A stretch of DNA of 64,000 bases from Planctomycetota bacterium (GCA_965223845.1 CBDCXR010000004.1:832001-896000), one strand, 5' to 3'. Counted from the first letter of the stretch, positions 20,201 through 29,942 are shown. Notes: generated by a model from the letters alone, not told the origin. Numbers and translations are program-made.

Positions 20201-21619
20201 GTCGCTCACCGCGACACGAGCGGACGCTGGAGCCTCTACTCGGAACCCTCGGGTTTTTCCGCTGGGGTGCAGGCCGCAGCGCCGGGGCGACCTCGCTCTC
20301 TCCGCGCGGAGTCGGTCGGCGCCGGCCTCGCGGTCATCGCGTGGTCCGCCAGCGAAGGCGACGACCCGGGGGTTGGGTATCGTCTCTTTCGGGATAACGT
20401 CTCGGTGACGTCGAAGCTGCTCCGGACGACGCGGTACGCCGACTTCGAAGTAGTCCCCGGCTCGGCTCCGCGATATCACGTGACCGCTGTGAGCGAATCG
20501 GGCCTCGAGTCCGAGCCTTCTGAAGCACTCGTTCTTTCCGTCCCTCTCCACCGTGCGTTCGGCCCGTGGCGAGTGCCTCCGGACGGATTCGACTTCGTCT
20601 ACGACGCGCGTCCGGGCGAGGACGTCTACGATGCCGAGGGACGCGCGCACCTCGACGGTCACTGGGCGAGTGCGAGCGTCGACGCCTGGGACGGCAGTGC
20701 GCCGGGCGAGCCGTTCTCGGCTCCTGGAGGCGCCGGCGTCGTCGTTCTCGATCATGCCGGCGTCGACGGACAACCGGCGTCGGTGCTCACGATCGAAGAC
20801 CCGGGTCCGGCGTCGACGGTCTTCCCGACGCCGAGCAACGAGCGCATCTACCTGCTCCGGGATCTCGGGGCGGTGAATCCGTTCGTAGACGGGTTCACCG
20901 TCGTCGCGCGGTTTCGCGTCCATCCCGCGCCGGTCGATGTCGATCCCGAAGCGGTCGCATTCGACGACGCTGGTGGTCGTGGGCACGTGGGCATCGTCCA
21001 CCGCGGTCGCAGCACGCGAGCGAACCTTTCTCTGTGGCTCGACCGCGATCGACTGCGCATCGGGGAGCGTGGTGACGTGAGCGTGAGACCGTCGGAATTC
21101 GTCTGTGTGTGGCTCACCGCGCGCGAAGAAGGTGACGGTCACCGGGTGCAGGTATTCGTCGACGGACGCACCGTTCCCGCCTTCGATGAGCGAATCTCGC
21201 TTCCGACTCGAGGGACGGAGCGGGCGTTCGACGGCAACTATCTTCAGCTCGGGCTCGCGGGAAACTCGTCGGCGGGTGCGCTTCAAGTCGACGCGATTGG
21301 ATTCGCCGATGGGGTTCACTCGCCGATTCGTGCGCCCGACCAAGTCGATCCGTATCGGCGAGGCGATCTCGACGCCGACCGTGCTCTCGGACTCGACGAT
21401 GTGCTCTTGATCCTCGACTATCTCTTCTCGGCTCCCACCGTCCTTCCGTGTCCCGACGCCGCAGACGTCGACGATTCCGGTCGCATCGACCTCGTCGACG
21501 CTATGCATCTCGTTCACCATCTCTTTACGGGTGGGCCGGCTCCCGCCCCCCCGCGTTTCGAGTGTGGACTCGATCCCACTCCCGATCGCTTGAACGAGTG
21601 CGCAGCCGAGTGTCGCTGA
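17243..21619 (+). CDS. Secreted lamin-tail-domain/CotH kinase/FN3 protein with C-terminal dockerin-like domain
   Basis: Two LTDs (IVISEISYNP..EFVEIHN..DLSGWRL; VVISEVQYHP..EFIEIYN); CotH motifs KRALKIRFNKG, DNHDMD, KNFYYY, PWDLDNTFG; FN3-like segment; RRGDLDAD..DVDDSGRIDLVDA tail. Confidence 0.88.
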   Translation: MTMATTARVFAWTAAVIVLSRVDLSLASDLVPSGDIVISEISYNPPPELGPDSALEFVEIHNRSDAPVDLSGWRLKDADDAHEYRIPGGVELPPGGDLVIARDPASLRAVYGDDVEAVGPFDFGLGNGGDTVRLFDTAGLLVDRVEYEDDGAWPVEADANGATLERISLSSDRTDFANFAASDDDGLPGTPGAVNSRSGEIPSRHAVVISEVQYHPVVLPGASPLLHCSDDEFIEIYNGGSTAIDISGWRFADGIRYEFPAGTEIGPGEHLALFRDREAFESKYGSDVPALGPYAGALDNGGERVLLVDAESRPVDVIDYDDTFPWPVNPDGIRGSIELVDTDRDNDRGGAWRASRDPFGSPGRTNSVRREFLDTGSHSGPQVTKIRAVAASDRDRRELTSRDRVIVEARILDRDGVSDVALEWQVCSPGDYIPRTDERFDTEWNSMRMRYDVDSTVFTAVLEPFPHRTLVRYRIRATDAGESPVSTDAPTREDPEPNLAFFVYDGVPDYIASERSAFGDPGYVHTGLDRVPVYHVIGRAADIESLLYERFPLDDVYRWHVTFVHEGRVHDHCRIRLRTGHRYSWPKRALKIRFNKGNLFRGRFNDGERYPSARRTLNLNTAQHDPGKPRGESGVFETLAWKLFRDAGVFAATTTLIQLRIVRSPDEHAQFDGDFFGVYLEVQSLDEQALKEQGRPAGEADRLYKMAGAPEKRHPDCDLSTDDVDAFMAGYETNPGREWYDEHLHLERYFAFRSVVELADNHDMDSLKNFYYYFDSESRRWEVVPWDLDNTFGAQASGDEPLSNRVLPLYPAESRNHLRHAWQLLYDERRMFSMIDELRELIGPLADADQDRWDTEPRVACPTWPSRPEGNCLQYRSFEVRMRELKRWIRSRSKFVRALFVDPAAPRAPSSALAWEDGPLARPIVLRSSEFDDPDPGDLHSASRWLVIERGGDWAEPLWEWTSTVDLSRTSVPDEALPDGGEFLFRVAHRDTSGRWSLYSEPSGFSAGVQAAAPGRPRSLRAESVGAGLAVIAWSASEGDDPGVGYRLFRDNVSVTSKLLRTTRYADFEVVPGSAPRYHVTAVSESGLESEPSEALVLSVPLHRAFGPWRVPPDGFDFVYDARPGEDVYDAEGRAHLDGHWASASVDAWDGSAPGEPFSAPGGAGVVVLDHAGVDGQPASVLTIEDPGPASTVFPTPSNERIYLLRDLGAVNPFVDGFTVVARFRVHPAPVDVDPEAVAFDDAGGRGHVGIVHRGRSTRANLSLWLDRDRLRIGERGDVSVRPSEFVCVWLTAREEGDGHRVQVFVDGRTVPAFDERISLPTRGTERAFDGNYLQLGLAGNSSAGALQVDAIGFADGVHSPIRAPDQVDPYRRGDLDADRALGLDDVLLILDYLFSAPTVLPCPDAADVDDSGRIDLVDAMHLVHHLFTGGPAPAPPRFECGLDPTPDRLNECAAECR

Positions 21620-21920
21620 GTGGTCGGCGACTCGCGAACCATTCGGCGTAGCGGAATCTCGCGTGATTCCGTGCCACGGGAAGTTCGACGCATCGGGACT
21701 TTTCGTTTGGGGCGCTCTTCGGAGACGGTTAGTTTGGAGTTCGGAGAGAATCACCTGGCACGTAGACACGATGAGGGCGTTCTACAGGAGTGCTGCGGTA
21801 TTCACAGTGCACGCTTCGGCTCAAAGGAGGTGGAGCCGCGAATCCGTTGGGTCTGACGAGATGGACGATCGAGTCTCGTTTGCGAGGTGGGTGGGTTCAC
21901 CTCGCGGAGAAGGAGGGTCT

Positions 21921-24062
21921 ATGCTCAAGACGTATACGGGCGCAGTCACCGCATTGATGTTGTTCGGAGGGGCGGTCCCGATCGTGCATGCGGATGCACC
22001 ATCGGTCCTCTACTCGTTCAACGTACTCAGTATCGGGGGCGAATCGGACGAGAGCTTCGTCGGCAGATTCCCCGGAGACGATCTGCTTCCCTACACGGAG
22101 GATGACTACGACCTCCCCGAGGGCAGCAATGCGGGCGGGACTTGGGGCGTCGCCCATATGGACATCGACAGCGACGGCGTCATCGATGAGGACGATCCGA
22201 TTTTCGTGTCGGTGAGAAACAACGATGACGATTCGACGCTCTACTCTGCGCTCAGCCGACCCGAGTACGGCGTGATCTACGAGTCGGAAGACTGGGTCGA
22301 GTACTGGGAAGCACGCCAGCAGGGACCGAACGGTGCGTTCGACAACACGGACGATACCGACTTCGAAATCAACGACTGGAACGGCTGGACGGACGAGTCG
22401 AACGCGTACGTTTACAACAATCTCGGCGCGAATCAGCACGGCCTCGGGTTCTCGAAGTACCGCGTGGACTACCGCGGCACTGCGCAGGAAGGCGACCCGT
22501 ACCTCTTCGACGAGATCGAAGGGTTCAAAAAGACGTTCGGTTTCCGAAACACGGCGGACGATCCGGACACGCCCTTCAACGAGCGGGGAGATTGCCGTCG
22601 CTTCTACCGTCCTAGGGGAGAGATCCAATCCCGCGGTTACCTCATTCCGGTGGAGGATCTCGCGGAGCTCGAAGAGGGAAGTCTGCCGACGCTATTCGGC
22701 TGGGAGCAAGTCGATCTCGCGACCTACTTCCGCGACACCATCGCGCCGCTCCTCGAGCACGAAGACCTGTTCATATTCTCTGAGACGGGTCTGCCGATCG
22801 AAGAGCTGCTTCCACTCACGCATCTCTATCTTTTCCAGTCGTCGATCCCGATTACGATCGACAACGGCGAAGTGATTTGCGGCGAGACGAGCGAACCGCT
22901 CTGCATGGATGATCCGGATCCAGCCGCGTGTCAGGTGGCCCAGCACGCCGCGTACTGGGGACTCCCCGCGGAGGGTGCGACGTATCGCTCGTCCCATCTC
23001 ATGGGTTCCAACGCGGATCTGACCGAGCTCGTTTTCGGCGATGTCCATCCGTTCGTTACGCAAACGGAGGACGATTCGGAGCTCAATTTGTGGCTTCAGG
23101 ATCACTTCTGGCGTGACGATCCGACGCACTTCGGAAACTACGAGCTCATTCCGCCCGTCGCCCCGGAAGATCCCGAGCCCGCGTGGGAGATCGTACAAGA
23201 AGCGGCGTTCGCGAATTTCGACAACACGAACGACCAGGTTCTCGTCGCCCGTCAGCCGGGCTCCGTGATCGCCCCGCTTCCGAAGCCGCTCGGCCCGGCC
23301 GAGAGGCCGCTTTTGGTGGTCGCGGATCTGGCCGTCGACGTCGAGATGGGGGCGTCCGAAGGCGAGTTCCAACTGATCGCACGGTCCGGCGACTCGGTCG
23401 TCGCGTACGCGGACATCGGGCGCGACGCAACGCGCGTCCATCTGGGCGGAGCCTTCGATGCCGAATCGGGGACGGCCTCTACTCCGGCGACGAGCGGCGA
23501 TCCCGGGGCGGGGGCGGAAATCGGCGATTTCAACTTCACCGACGGCTTCGCGGAGTACACGCGGTTCGCGCTGATCGTAACGAACGAGGGCGCGAGCCTG
23601 CGTGAGATCCCGACCGGGGACTACGAGACCAATCGCTTTCTCGACATCGCCGCCGACGGCTCCGAGCTCGCGACGGTGAGCGCGGAGGAGGGAGTTCCGG
23701 TGGACGGCGTGGATTCTGTCGTCGTGAGCGGCACGGGTCGTACGGTCGTCAATACGCTCCTCGTCTTCGCGTCACCGGGGGTCGGTCCGTTCCTCCGCGG
23801 GGATTGCAATCAAGATTCCGAGGTGAACATCGCCGACGGAATCGCCCTTCTCAATCACCTGTTCGGAGATGCCCCGGATCCCGACTGTCGTGCAGCCTGT
23901 TCGGCGAACGGGTCGACACTCGTCGACATCAGCTCGGCGATCTACATCTTCAACTTTCTCTTCTCCGAAAACGGGATTCCGATCCCGCCCCCGGCGGAGC
24001 GTGCGGAGTACTCGCAGCGAGACAATGACGCGATCGTCGGGTGTGTCGACTACAGCCCCTAG
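21921..24062 (+). CDS. Acidic secreted hypothetical protein with C-terminal dockerin-like domain
   Basis: Strong RBS (GGAGAAGGAGG) before ATG 21921; signal peptide ending VHA; tail FLRGDCNQDSEVNIADGIALLNHLF...NGSTLVDISSAIYIFNFLF. Confidence 0.85.
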   Translation: MLKTYTGAVTALMLFGGAVPIVHADAPSVLYSFNVLSIGGESDESFVGRFPGDDLLPYTEDDYDLPEGSNAGGTWGVAHMDIDSDGVIDEDDPIFVSVRNNDDDSTLYSALSRPEYGVIYESEDWVEYWEARQQGPNGAFDNTDDTDFEINDWNGWTDESNAYVYNNLGANQHGLGFSKYRVDYRGTAQEGDPYLFDEIEGFKKTFGFRNTADDPDTPFNERGDCRRFYRPRGEIQSRGYLIPVEDLAELEEGSLPTLFGWEQVDLATYFRDTIAPLLEHEDLFIFSETGLPIEELLPLTHLYLFQSSIPITIDNGEVICGETSEPLCMDDPDPAACQVAQHAAYWGLPAEGATYRSSHLMGSNADLTELVFGDVHPFVTQTEDDSELNLWLQDHFWRDDPTHFGNYELIPPVAPEDPEPAWEIVQEAAFANFDNTNDQVLVARQPGSVIAPLPKPLGPAERPLLVVADLAVDVEMGASEGEFQLIARSGDSVVAYADIGRDATRVHLGGAFDAESGTASTPATSGDPGAGAEIGDFNFTDGFAEYTRFALIVTNEGASLREIPTGDYETNRFLDIAADGSELATVSAEEGVPVDGVDSVVVSGTGRTVVNTLLVFASPGVGPFLRGDCNQDSEVNIADGIALLNHLFGDAPDPDCRAACSANGSTLVDISSAIYIFNFLFSENGIPIPPPAERAEYSQRDNDAIVGCVDYSP

Positions 24063-24072
24063 TCGAACCTAG

Positions 24073-25776
24073 ATGCTCGGTCGGCCTGGGACGGAGCGGC
24101 GAAGGCGCCGCTCCGTCCCGGTTCGTCTATCGGTAGGAGTGCGTGTCTACCCCGTGACTCGTCGATCGGTCCTCCTACTCCTCGCCGCGCTCTCCCTTGC
24201 GTGTTGGGCCGTATCGCGGAGCGCGACAGGCAACGCACGCGCGTTGGAGGTGCAGGAGGCGAGTGCGAGCCCCGAACCTGAAGATCCGCGTCTTCCCGAT
24301 CCAGCCAAGTTCGACTCACCGCTCCGCGAAAAGGTCGACGAACTGGTTCGTGGCATCGAGGCGCATCCGACGCGCGCACAGGCATGGGGGGATTTCGCCA
24401 TGCTCTGTCACGCTCACGAGAGATACCGATACGCGCGCATTGCCTATCGCGAAGCAGAGCGACTCGATGCGACCGACTCGCTTTGGCCGCACCTCCTCGG
24501 GGTGGCGAGTCTTGCGGCTGGCGACGACGACGAAGCGGCGCGCGCATTCCGCGCGTCCGCCGAGCTCGAGCCGCACGATGTCGTCGCGCGGTGTCAGCTC
24601 GGTGCGATCTCCATGCGGCACGGCGAGCCCGAAGCGGCGCGGCGCTACTTTCTCGATGCCGTCAAGATCGATTCGCGAAACGTGATCGCCCGCGTGGGCC
24701 TGGGCGAGCTGGCGCTCGGCTCCGGCGCGCGCGACGTCGCAGCGAGGAGCGCTCGTCTCGTGCTCGAGGTTTCGCCGCGATCGGCCCCGGCTCACGCCCT
24801 CCTCGCTCGCGTGCTTTCGATGGAAGGCGAGACCGACGCGGCGTCCTTCCATCGGCGATGGGGTGAGTCGGGAGAAGTCGCGCGACAGATCGATCCTTAT
24901 GTCGAGCGAGTTTTCGCCAAAGGAATCGACCACGCAGCACTCGTTCGCCGCGCGGAACGCGCGGCTCGCCGCGGAGACTGGCCGACGGCGAAGATTCGAT
25001 TCGAACAGGCGAGGAAACTCCGACCGGATCGAATCGAGATCCTCTATCGACTTGGAATCAGTTGCCTTCGCGCGGAGGCGCGCGCAGCCGGGATCAAATG
25101 GCTCGAGCAAATCCGCCGAGCGCACGAGCGATACCATGAGGCGCGCCTCGAAATTGCGCGAGCATGTCTCGGGGCGGGAGAGCTTTCGCGGGCGAACGAC
25201 TCCATCGAGCGTGCGGAATCGGTCCGTCGTTCGCCGGCGTCCGTCGTCGCGCGCGCAGAATGGTTCGCCGCGTCGGGAATGAAGAGGCGGGCGATCTCGC
25301 TGCTCGAGGACGCGGCTGCGGACTATCCGAGAGAGGCCGTCGTCCAGCTCGAGCTGGGAAAGATGCTGCTTGAACGCGGTCGCGAGGAACAGGGTGGGGG
25401 GGAAAGCCAAGCGACGAGAACGCTCGAGAGAACTCGAGCGATCCGCGCGGCTCGCGCATTCGAGGCTGCGCTCCTTGTGGCTGTGGATCTGGAGGACGCC
25501 TACCTAGGCGCGGGGAGCGCGCGAATGCAGGTGTGGGAGCTTTCCGTCGACGCGGATGAACGCGCATCGCAACTCGCCGCGGCGATCGTACACTTCGAGC
25601 GCGGCGTTCGTTTGTACCCCGAAAAGAAGCGAGTCCACGTGGCTTATCTGCGCGCTCTTCACACGGCGGGTCGACTGGACGAGTTTAGGCAAGCGGTGGT
25701 GCGAGCTCGTGAGCGCTGGCCCGCCGATCCGCTCTTTCGGCGCCGCCGCGCGAACTCGGGGGCGGGCGGTCGCTAG
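24073..25776 (+). CDS. TPR-repeat protein, exported or membrane-anchored
   Basis: Hydrophobic N-terminal segment and multiple TPRs; N-terminal part resembles 13405..15120. Start uncertain. Confidence 0.8.
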   Translation: MLGRPGTERRRRRSVPVRLSVGVRVYPVTRRSVLLLLAALSLACWAVSRSATGNARALEVQEASASPEPEDPRLPDPAKFDSPLREKVDELVRGIEAHPTRAQAWGDFAMLCHAHERYRYARIAYREAERLDATDSLWPHLLGVASLAAGDDDEAARAFRASAELEPHDVVARCQLGAISMRHGEPEAARRYFLDAVKIDSRNVIARVGLGELALGSGARDVAARSARLVLEVSPRSAPAHALLARVLSMEGETDAASFHRRWGESGEVARQIDPYVERVFAKGIDHAALVRRAERAARRGDWPTAKIRFEQARKLRPDRIEILYRLGISCLRAEARAAGIKWLEQIRRAHERYHEARLEIARACLGAGELSRANDSIERAESVRRSPASVVARAEWFAASGMKRRAISLLEDAAADYPREAVVQLELGKMLLERGREEQGGGESQATRTLERTRAIRAARAFEAALLVAVDLEDAYLGAGSARMQVWELSVDADERASQLAAAIVHFERGVRLYPEKKRVHVAYLRALHTAGRLDEFRQAVVRARERWPADPLFRRRRANSGAGGR

Positions 25777-25894
25777 CGGATGTCGCGTCGAACTCGAAGC
25801 TGGGAGCCTCGCGCGAATTCCTAGAAGATAGATCTAAGCCGATGGTCGCCGTCTCCGCGACTTGGCCATCGTTCCAAACGGGGAGTAGACCCGC

Positions 25895-26983
25895 ATGCGA
25901 CTCCGATCGATCAGCGTTCTTCTCGTCTCTGCCGCGAGTTTCTGGAGCGGAGATGCGCTCCGGGCTAAAGACTACGTTTACGTCTCCGCCGCCGCCCAAG
26001 AACGGATTTCGGTCTACGAGCTCGAACCGAAATCGGGAGCGATGGCGCACCGCACGTTCCAGCGGACGGATGGCGAGCCCGGCGCCTTGTGCGTAGGGCC
26101 CGGACGGCGCTACCTCTTCGCGTCGATTCGCTCGAAGGGTCGGCTCGCTTCCTTCGCGGTGGACCCGATCCGCGGAGATCTACGTCCGGTGAGCGACATC
26201 GCCGCGGATGCCGATCCGGCGTACGTGACCACCGACGCCAAGGGGCGGTATCTGCTGTCGGCGTACTACCGAGCGGGAAAAGTCGCCGTCCACCCCATCG
26301 GTCCGGAAGGCGCGCTCGAGGAAAAGACCGCACGCTGGATCGACACCGCCGAGAAGGCCCACGCGGTAGTCCTCGATACCCCCAATCGTTTCGTGTTCGT
26401 GCCCCACACCGGCCCCAACCGGATCTACCGGTTTCGATTCGATGCGCGAACGGGTGCGCTCGAGGCGATGGATCCGCCCTTCGTTTCGACTCCGGAGCGT
26501 TCGGGGCCGCGCCAGGGCTGGATCCATCCCTCTGAACCGTTCGCGTTCTTCGCCAACGAGCAGGGAAGCAGCGTCACCTCCTACGCGTTCGATCGCGAAT
26601 CCGGACGGCTCACCGCGAAAGAGACGTTGTCCACGCTACCGCGAGGATTCTCGGAGCCGAACTCTTGCGCGCGACTCGTGGCCCATCCTACGGGGCGATT
26701 CATTTACGTCGCGAATCGAGGTCACGACAGCATCGCCGCGTTCGCCGTTCATCCGGAGAGCGGAGAGATGCGATTTCTCGGTGCGTTTCCGACGGAGAAG
26801 ACTCCGCGCGGATTCGATCTTGCGGGCGATGGGAGATTCCTGATCGCCGCCGGTCAGAGTTCCCACCGCCTAGCCGTCTATCGGATCCAAGCGACGGGCA
26901 AGCTGGAGCGAACGGGCACGGTCGCCGCGGGACTCAAGCCCTGGTGGGTCCTCGCGGTTCGATTTCCGAACGCGCAGCGTTGA
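25895..26983 (+). CDS. Lactonase family protein (6-phosphogluconolactonase Pgl-like 7-bladed propeller), secreted
   Basis: AHAVVLD, GPRQ, ANEQGSSVT, HPTGRFIYVANRGHDSIA, TEKTPRGF. Confidence 0.9.
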   Translation: MRLRSISVLLVSAASFWSGDALRAKDYVYVSAAAQERISVYELEPKSGAMAHRTFQRTDGEPGALCVGPGRRYLFASIRSKGRLASFAVDPIRGDLRPVSDIAADADPAYVTTDAKGRYLLSAYYRAGKVAVHPIGPEGALEEKTARWIDTAEKAHAVVLDTPNRFVFVPHTGPNRIYRFRFDARTGALEAMDPPFVSTPERSGPRQGWIHPSEPFAFFANEQGSSVTSYAFDRESGRLTAKETLSTLPRGFSEPNSCARLVAHPTGRFIYVANRGHDSIAAFAVHPESGEMRFLGAFPTEKTPRGFDLAGDGRFLIAAGQSSHRLAVYRIQATGKLERTGTVAAGLKPWWVLAVRFPNAQR

Positions 26984-27067
26984 CCCGAACGTTCAACCGT
27001 GACGGAAAAGGCAGTCGCTCGGAATACGCTAGGGCTCCAGCGGAGCCGTTCCGCTGCACCGAGCGGG

Positions 27068-27733
27068 TCAGAGCCGGAACGAAACTCCGAAGAGGATGTG
27101 GTGCGTGCCGAAGTCGGCTTCGACGCGGTCGTCGCTCGGAAAGATGATCGCGGCGTCGTCCTCGTACCGACTGTCGAAGTAGGTGTATCGGTATTCGACG
27201 AACAGCGCAAACTTCGGCTGAACGGGGATCGCGATCCCGAGACGCGCGTCGAGCCCAACGTCGAGATTGAGGTCGTCGATGCTGCTCTCCTCGCCGCTCG
27301 GCTCGATGGATTTGCCGTCGAAGAACGAGAGGAAAAAGCCGGGGCCGATCCCGACGTAGGGCTGCACCCGCCCGAGCGGGTACTGAGGCGACGCACCGAC
27401 GGGTACGGAAAACATCACGAGCGGCGTGAACGCGAGCACCGAGTTGTTTTCGACGAAATCGTCGCCGTTGATGTGAAACGCGGAAAGATCGCCCCCGATT
27501 CCGAGCCACGGAGTGAACCACGCCGTGCCGCGGAGACCCCAAGATAACGACGGGGAGTAGTCCTCGACGGCGGAGGTCCGCATGCTCGTGCTCGGATCGA
27601 CTCCCTTCAGACGGTCGGATTCGGTCACGGCGATGCCGAAGGCGAGATCGAGCGAGGTCTGAATCGGCCCCGCTTGGGCCCAGAGTGGGTCGAAAGCGAT
27701 CAGAACGACGGCCGGCACCACGAATCGTTTCAT
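27068..27733 (-). CDS. Outer-membrane beta-barrel protein (OmpA/OmpW-like, 8-stranded)
   Basis: Signal peptide, amphipathic strands (QPYVGIGPG, LFVEYRYTY) and C-terminal GVSFRL beta-signal. Confidence 0.82.
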   Translation of the reverse strand: MKRFVVPAVVLIAFDPLWAQAGPIQTSLDLAFGIAVTESDRLKGVDPSTSMRTSAVEDYSPSLSWGLRGTAWFTPWLGIGGDLSAFHINGDDFVENNSVLAFTPLVMFSVPVGASPQYPLGRVQPYVGIGPGFFLSFFDGKSIEPSGEESSIDDLNLDVGLDARLGIAIPVQPKFALFVEYRYTYFDSRYEDDAAIIFPSDDRVEADFGTHHILFGVSFRL

Positions 27734-27776
27734 CGTACGTTTCCCTCCGACGAACGCGACCTCGTCGCGAGCTCTC

Positions 27777-29222
27777 TCAATCGTTCGGTGACAGCACTGG
27801 TAGGGACTTTCTCCACGACAAAACTCGCTCCCGCAGCCGATCGGTCAGCGCCGGATGGTCTCCGGCTACATTCACTCGTTCCGCCGTGGACGCCGCGAAA
27901 TCGTAGAGCTCGACGCGTGAGCCGTCCGCGTTGACGAGAAGCTTCCAGCGGCCGTCGCGGATCGCGAGATTGGGACTCTGGTCGGCGTCTAGACCGGGTC
28001 TCAGGTACGTCGAGTCGCGTCCGTATTCCCAGAGAATCGGACGCCGTCGCGGTGCGGAGCGACCGAGAAACGCTGCGCTTCGGTCTTCCCCGTCGAACGC
28101 GACTCCGTCGGGCGGCGGGACCCCTGCGAGCCGGCAGAATGTGGGGAAGAGATCGATGGCCCCGATGATCGAGCTCTCGTCGACGCGTCCGGCGGGGATC
28201 CGTGCCGGCCAGCGGACGATCAGCGGCATCCGAATTCCGCCTTCGTAGAGACTCCACTTGCGCCCGCGAAAGCCGGCCGTGCTCCCGGGTGGATCGAGTC
28301 CCTCGCGGTAGTACTTCTTCCACGCGGTCGGTCCGTTGTCGCTCGTGAGAACGACCATCGTATCCGCGCCGATCCCGAGCTCGTCGATGCGCCTCACGAG
28401 CCGTCCGATCTCGCGGTCCATGTCAGCGAGGACTGCGTAGAGCTTTCGCTCGTAATGATTCGCGGAGTACCGTTCGAAGCGCGCCAGCGACTCGTCGGTC
28501 GGCCGATGGGCATCGTGAACGTCGTTCAGCCAGAGATGGAGATAAACGGGCTTAGCTCGGTTTTGTTCGATGAACTGAATCGCACGATCGACGTAGATTC
28601 CCGTCAAGCGATGCTTCGGCTCGTAGCGCACGTCTCCGCGTCCGATCTTTCGGTGCTCGGCGGCGAGCTTTTCCGAGAAGATGACGCGATCGCCGAGACC
28701 TTCGAAGCACACGAGCGATTCATCGAAGCCGTACGCTTGCGGAAGAGGGGCTTCGACGACGTCGCGGCCTCCGCCCATGTGCCACTTCCCGAAGTGTGCC
28801 GTCGCGTAGCCGGCCGCCTGGAACGATCGCGCGATCGCCGGAGCGGCCGGGTCGAGAAAATCGCGCATTCCACGCGCGCGATTCCGCTTCTTCGTCGCGA
28901 GGTAGGAGTGGATCAGGTGGCGCGCGGGGAATTGTCCGGTCGTGATCCCGACGCGAGACGGCGAGCAGATCGGGGACGCGACGTAGAACTGTGTGAAGCG
29001 GGTCCCTTCCGCAGCGAGTCGATCGATCGCTGGCGTTCGCACGACCCGGTTTCCCGTGCAGCTCAGATCGCCGTACCCCATGTCGTCGATGAGGATGACG
29101 ACGATATTCGGCTTTTCGCGCGCGGCGACAAGCCTCGGCGAAAGGGTCGAGACGGCGACGTACAAGAGGAGCGCGAGAGCGAAGCAACGGACGCGGCCGA
29201 CCACGCGGAAGGACGGAGTCAT
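27777..29222 (-). CDS. Sulfatase, secreted
   Basis: PNIVVILIDDMGYGD, CSPSRVGITTG, GKWHMG, SDNGP, KWSLYEGGIRMP. Confidence 0.95.
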   Translation of the reverse strand: MTPSFRVVGRVRCFALALLLYVAVSTLSPRLVAAREKPNIVVILIDDMGYGDLSCTGNRVVRTPAIDRLAAEGTRFTQFYVASPICSPSRVGITTGQFPARHLIHSYLATKKRNRARGMRDFLDPAAPAIARSFQAAGYATAHFGKWHMGGGRDVVEAPLPQAYGFDESLVCFEGLGDRVIFSEKLAAEHRKIGRGDVRYEPKHRLTGIYVDRAIQFIEQNRAKPVYLHLWLNDVHDAHRPTDESLARFERYSANHYERKLYAVLADMDREIGRLVRRIDELGIGADTMVVLTSDNGPTAWKKYYREGLDPPGSTAGFRGRKWSLYEGGIRMPLIVRWPARIPAGRVDESSIIGAIDLFPTFCRLAGVPPPDGVAFDGEDRSAAFLGRSAPRRRPILWEYGRDSTYLRPGLDADQSPNLAIRDGRWKLLVNADGSRVELYDFAASTAERVNVAGDHPALTDRLRERVLSWRKSLPVLSPND

Positions 29223-29252
29223 CGAGCTTTCCTCGGGAGAACTGAAGGTCGA

Positions 29253-29909
29253 CTATTCGGTGCCAAACATCCGGTCGCCGGCGTCGCCGAGACCGGGGAG
29301 GATGTAGCCGGCGGAGCTGAGCTTTCGGTCGAGCGCCGCGCAGAACACGCGGACTCCTGGATGGTCATTCGCCATGCGCCGAACACCTTCGGGGGCGGCG
29401 ATCACGGTCATGAAGCGGATTTCGCGAGCACCGCGTTCGACGAGCTCGCGGACCGCGGCGCTCGCGGATCCACCTGTAGCGAGCATGGGATCGACTACGA
29501 TGAAGACGCGTGACGACGGTTCCGGCGGCAGGTTGAGATAGTAGAGATTTGGGGCGAGCGTCGCCTCGTCGCGTTTGATACCGATCGACCCAACCGCCAT
29601 GTTCGGGATCAGACGGAGCATTCCTTCGACGAGGCCGAGTCCTGCCCGCAGGATCGGTACGACCGCGACGTTCTCCTCCCGCACGTGATCACCCGACGTC
29701 TCTTCGAGGGGCGTTTCGATCGCGCGGTCTTCCACGGGAAGATCGCGCGTCACCTCGTAGGCCATCAAGGTCGCGATGTCTCCCAGCAGAGACCGAAACT
29801 GCGGCGTCGGCGTCGAAGCGGCGCGAAGGAGAGAGACCTTGTGCCGGAGAAGCGGGTGATCGAGGAGAACGAGATTCGGCAACTCAGCCGGTGTCGTGTG
29901 AGTCATCAC
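29253..29909 (-). CDS. upp: Uracil phosphoribosyltransferase
   Basis: HPLLRHKVSLLR, VPILRAGLG, VDPMLATGGSA, YILPGLGDAGDRMFGT. Confidence 0.97.
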   Translation of the reverse strand: MMTHTTPAELPNLVLLDHPLLRHKVSLLRAASTPTPQFRSLLGDIATLMAYEVTRDLPVEDRAIETPLEETSGDHVREENVAVVPILRAGLGLVEGMLRLIPNMAVGSIGIKRDEATLAPNLYYLNLPPEPSSRVFIVVDPMLATGGSASAAVRELVERGAREIRFMTVIAAPEGVRRMANDHPGVRVFCAALDRKLSSAGYILPGLGDAGDRMFGTE

Positions 29910-29942
29910 GGAAAGCAGCGGACGTCCTTTCGAAGGAGCGAC

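Noticed and set aside
21745-21765. Sigma-54 promoter at CTGGCACG
   Set aside because: The -12 TTGC element is absent at the required spacing.
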